Assembly (NCBI GenBank): GCA_043826355.1
Contig: JBDRQI010000007.1
Coordinates: 1 to 47,462, forward strand
DNA: 47,462 nt
Reading direction: 5' to 3'
DNA from: Candidatus Omnitrophota bacterium
GTDB taxonomy: Bacteria; Ratteibacteria; UBA8468; MWAK01
Below are positions 43,975 through 47,462 of the stretch, piece by piece. Positions within the stretch are counted from its first letter, which is position 1. The number at the start of each line of letters is the position of its first letter. The translations under genes were made by a program, and so were the position numbers. The notes beneath the pieces were generated by a model. It made no database searches and was not told where the DNA came from. It saw nothing but the letters and a program-made list of their open reading frames with translations.

Positions 43975-46353
43975 ATGGCGAAATTACTGCGAAAAAATAA
44001 TTCCGAAAAGAATCAAAAGAACGTGCCGGAGAGCGCAGAAATTAAATTGCGGAAAGTAATGCCGGCCATTCCCCTGAGGGATATCATAATCTTCCCCGGG
44101 ATGGTAACGCCCCTTTTGATCGGCCGACAGAAGACTGTCAATGCGGTAGAAGAGGCGCAGAGTCTGGACAACCTGGTAATCCTGGTTTTCCAGAAGAATG
44201 CCGAGATTGAGGAACCGGCTGAATCAGACCTTTTCCCGGTTGCAATTCTGGCCCGGATTCTTCAGGTAATGCGCCAGTCAAACGGCCAGATGAAACTGTT
44301 GGTTGAATCTCTCTTCCGGGTAAAAGTGACTCAGGTCCAATCGGAAAATCGTTTCTTTGCCGTTTCGGTTGAACCCATGGTCAGCGTCCGGGAACGGGGC
44401 ACCGAAGAAGAAGCCCTGGTTCGCCTCCTGGTAGAAGCCCTGGAAAAGTATCTCCAGGTAAATCCAATTCTGCCCCGGGAGGTACTGGGCAGCATCTTTT
44501 CCGCAGACGAACCGGAAAAACTGAGCGACATGGTGGCCGGATACCTGCCTCTGAAAAAAGAGGATAAGGCGCAAATTCTGGATATCAAAGAAATTACCCC
44601 GCGACTGCGGCTCATTCTGAAAATACTGAACAAGGAGATTGAAGTTCTGGAGGTCCAGAAGCAAATTCAGGGAGAGGTCTTCAAGAAGATTGAAAAGAAC
44701 CAGCGGGACTACATCCTGCAGGAACAGATGAAGACCATCCAGCAGGAATTGGGCAAGGAGACGGAGACCTCGGAGGTTAAAGCCCTGCAGGAAAAGATTG
44801 AAGCCGCCCACATGCCGGAACCGGTCAAGAAGAAAGCCCAGGAGGAATTGGACCGCTTTTCCAAGATGATGAACCTCTCTCCGGAAGCCACGGTTATCCG
44901 AAACTACCTGGACTGGCTGATCAGCCTTCCCTGGCAGAAGAGTACCGCGGACAACCTTGACATTAAACGCGCCGAGAAAATTTTAAACGAGGACCATTAC
45001 GGACTCCAAAAACCAAAAGAACGCATCCTGGAATACCTGGCGGTACGAAAAAGAAATGCCAAACTTAAAGGCCCGATTATCTGTTTCGTCGGACCGCCCG
45101 GAAGCGGAAAAACTTCCCTGGGTAAATCAATCGCCCGCGCCCTGGACCGGCAGTTCACCAGAATTTCACTGGGGGGCGTCCACGATGAAGCAGAAATCCG
45201 CGGCCACCGAAAGACTTACATCGGTTCCCTGCCGGGACGCATTATCCAGTCCCTGCGTAAGGCCGGCGTGAAAAACCCGGTTTTTTTGCTGGATGAAGTG
45301 GACAAGATCGGGTCGGACTTCCGCGGAGACCCTTCCTCCGCACTCCTGGAAGTATTGGACCCGGAACAGAATAACACGTTCAACGATCATTACCTGGAGG
45401 TTGATTTTGACCTGTCGCAAGTCCTGTTCATAACCACTGCCAATAACGAAGCGACGATACCGCCTCCGTTGCTGGACCGGATGGAAATTATCAACCTGCC
45501 CGGCTACACCACTTCCGAAAAAATGGAAATTGCCAAAAAATTTCTGGTGCCTAAAGAAACAATCGCCAACGGTTTACAACCGGAAGAAGTTGCCTTTTCA
45601 GACGAGTCAATCAACGAAATTGTCAAGTCATACACCCGTGAAGCCGGGGTGAGAAACCTGCAGCGTCAGATTGCCACCGTTTGCCGGAAAGTGGTCAAGG
45701 AAAAAGAACTTGACGGCAAAAAGATGGAAGACCGCACCAAAATTAATAAGAAGCGGGTGGCAAAATACCTCGGCGTTCCCCAGTACTGGAACGAGGGTTC
45801 CGATTTATCCGCCAAGGTCGGTGTGGTAACCGGCCTCGCCTGGACCGAATACGGCGGGGATGTTCTTTTCACCGAAGTAAGCGCCTTAAAAGGCCGGGGC
45901 AACCTGATTATTACCGGGCGGCTCGGCGAGGTTATGAAAGAGTCCTGCCGAATTGCCTTGAGTCTGGTGCGCCTGCACGGTGAGGAGTTGAAACTTGACC
46001 AGGAATTTTACCGCCGGAATGATTTGCACATCCATATCCCTTCCGGAGCAGTACCCAAGGACGGACCCTCCGCCGGCATCACCATCGCCACGGCTCTGGC
46101 TTCCTGCCTGACTCAAAGACCCGTTCCCGGCAACCTGGCGATGACCGGTGAAATTACCCTGCGGGGCAAGGTTATGCCCATCGGCGGCCTGCGGGTAAAA
46201 CTATTGGCGGTGGGTCGGGCAAACATCAAAAGAGTGCTCATTCCCAAAGACAACCAGCGGGAACTTGCGGAAATTCCGAAAGAAGAATTGTCCGGACTGG
46301 AAATCATCCCGGTGGAGAACATTTCAGAAGTATTCCGGTTAATATTTCCATAG
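43975..46353 (+). CDS. lon: Endopeptidase La (Lon)
   Basis: PLRD N-domain, GPPGSGKT, LLDEVDK, PKDGPSAG (catalytic Ser), IGGLRVK. Confidence 0.97.
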   Translation: MAKLLRKNNSEKNQKNVPESAEIKLRKVMPAIPLRDIIIFPGMVTPLLIGRQKTVNAVEEAQSLDNLVILVFQKNAEIEEPAESDLFPVAILARILQVMRQSNGQMKLLVESLFRVKVTQVQSENRFFAVSVEPMVSVRERGTEEEALVRLLVEALEKYLQVNPILPREVLGSIFSADEPEKLSDMVAGYLPLKKEDKAQILDIKEITPRLRLILKILNKEIEVLEVQKQIQGEVFKKIEKNQRDYILQEQMKTIQQELGKETETSEVKALQEKIEAAHMPEPVKKKAQEELDRFSKMMNLSPEATVIRNYLDWLISLPWQKSTADNLDIKRAEKILNEDHYGLQKPKERILEYLAVRKRNAKLKGPIICFVGPPGSGKTSLGKSIARALDRQFTRISLGGVHDEAEIRGHRKTYIGSLPGRIIQSLRKAGVKNPVFLLDEVDKIGSDFRGDPSSALLEVLDPEQNNTFNDHYLEVDFDLSQVLFITTANNEATIPPPLLDRMEIINLPGYTTSEKMEIAKKFLVPKETIANGLQPEEVAFSDESINEIVKSYTREAGVRNLQRQIATVCRKVVKEKELDGKKMEDRTKINKKRVAKYLGVPQYWNEGSDLSAKVGVVTGLAWTEYGGDVLFTEVSALKGRGNLIITGRLGEVMKESCRIALSLVRLHGEELKLDQEFYRRNDLHIHIPSGAVPKDGPSAGITIATALASCLTQRPVPGNLAMTGEITLRGKVMPIGGLRVKLLAVGRANIKRVLIPKDNQRELAEIPKEELSGLEIIPVENISEVFRLIFP

Positions 46354-46387
46354 GAGCTGCGGGGCTGCCCCTTAAACCGCTCATAAC

Positions 46388-47323
46388 ATGAATGCGGAGG
46401 AAATTTTTGTTTTCGCCGTAATTTCCGTCCTGCTTCTTACCGGACTCTTTCTTTTCTTCCGCAGTATCCTGCACATTCTGCCGAAAGTCGTCTGGATTAC
46501 CGGCACACCAACCTCCCCGATTCGCTCCCTGGCTATCGGTCTGGTTGAAATAACCGGCAAAGTAAAAAACAGGGAAACAATCATCAGCCCGGCAACCGGC
46601 CTGGAATGCTGTCTCACCAAATACAAACTCCAGGAACTCAGGGTTACCCATACGCGCAACGGCCGGACTATTTCCTGGCACACCATTAACTCTGCTTTTC
46701 TTTATACCCCTTTCTATCTTCAGGACAAAGAAGGCGCCCGAATCTTAATCAATCCGAAAGATGCGGAACTTCACCTGCCGTGCGAAACCTACTACCCGAA
46801 TACCGGTCTTCCGGCCAACGCAGTCGGCTCCATCCGTTACCTGGAACAAGCCATCTACTCCAATAGCTTACTTTACATCCTGGGCGAAGCAAAGAAGAAA
46901 GCCCGCTTCGCCGACCTGAGAGACGAGGTAAACACCAACCTGGCAATCCTGCGCGGGGACCCGGAAAAGATGGCCGCCCTGGACGAAAACAAAGACGGTC
47001 AGATAGACACCGTCGAATGGGAGAAAGCGGTACGAAACGTCGAATCACGCGTAACCGAGGAAACGATTACCGCCGCCCAGAACCCGCTTGACACCATAGT
47101 AATCGCCAAACCCTCGCTCAAAAGACCGTTCATCATCTCCACCCACAGCGAAAAAGAGGTCGTCAGCCGTTTGCGGTGGAAAGGATATTTTACCCTGGTC
47201 TTCGGGCTTGCTCTTGTCTTTTTCAACCTGGCCGGCATCCTGGGCTTTTTCTTCAACCAGCCGCCTCTTGGCAAAAATTATTATAAGATGATAAAATTGA
47301 TTATAGAAAGTACGGTAAGATAA
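46388..47323 (+). CDS. GIDE-like domain membrane protein with an EF-hand-like loop
   Basis: N- and C-terminal TM segments, TPTSPIRSLAIGLVEITG, PFYLQD..G, DENKDGQIDTVEW, PFIIS. Confidence 0.75.
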   Translation: MNAEEIFVFAVISVLLLTGLFLFFRSILHILPKVVWITGTPTSPIRSLAIGLVEITGKVKNRETIISPATGLECCLTKYKLQELRVTHTRNGRTISWHTINSAFLYTPFYLQDKEGARILINPKDAELHLPCETYYPNTGLPANAVGSIRYLEQAIYSNSLLYILGEAKKKARFADLRDEVNTNLAILRGDPEKMAALDENKDGQIDTVEWEKAVRNVESRVTEETITAAQNPLDTIVIAKPSLKRPFIISTHSEKEVVSRLRWKGYFTLVFGLALVFFNLAGILGFFFNQPPLGKNYYKMIKLIIESTVR

Positions 47324-47390
47324 AGAACATCCTATAAAGGTCAAGTTGTCAAAGAACGGCAGAAAAACAGATCCTTGAAAATCCGGTAAC

Positions 47391-47462
47391 TTACAAAGAA
47401 ACAGGAATCGCCTGGTGGAAGTGACGCAGAGCGGTCGGCGCCACAAAGACCCGCTCCGGCCG
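47391..47462 (-). CDS. Possible 3' end of a gene entering from the right edge
   Basis: Open frame RPERVFVAPTALRHFHQAIPVSL* convergent on the GIDE gene; too short to be sure. Confidence 0.3.
   Translation of the reverse strand, partial: RPERVFVAPTALRHFHQAIPVSL

Noticed and set aside
212..47446. Numerous antisense and alternate-frame ORFs in the track
   Set aside because: They shadow well-supported genes and show no recognisable motifs.

Overview
Core chromosomal region of a probably uncultured Gram-negative bacterium (kdsB present). The gene mix suggests an Omnitrophota/PVC-like lineage, but this is inference only. There are about 40 CDS, mostly on the minus strand: sugar catabolism (GH4, AraC, four Gfo/Idh/MocA, galT, rhamnulokinase, epimerase), translation (gatA, trmD, rpsP, prmC, prfA, rpmE, rsmI), murA, pck, pyrG, mntP, kdsB, aroKC, glgC with a two-component pair, apgM, a CBS protein with an SLC13/NhaD-like permease, an exonuclease-DinG fusion, tRNA-Tyr, tig-clpP-lon and a GIDE protein. 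No CRISPR array, integrase or transposase gene is visible. The unusual signal is non-coding: many gene junctions carry short palindromic elements of at least six kinds, and these have been recruited into genes. (1) The GTAG of GTAG-type REPs is the UAG stop of four genes, three of them in the prfA-prmC operon. (2) One REP sits in frame inside aroK. (3) Repeats supply C-terminal peptides, SD sequences or a start codon. (4) A 150-200 bp nested inverted-repeat element occurs in two full copies and one partial copy. (5) Inverted heptamer arrays occur both empty and bracketing a gene. (6) The tRNA-Tyr trailer holds both an antisense copy and a direct copy of the tRNA 3' end. prmC has no ATG and is in frame with the upstream ORF across a single UAG. 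All product calls come from visible motifs, not database searches.
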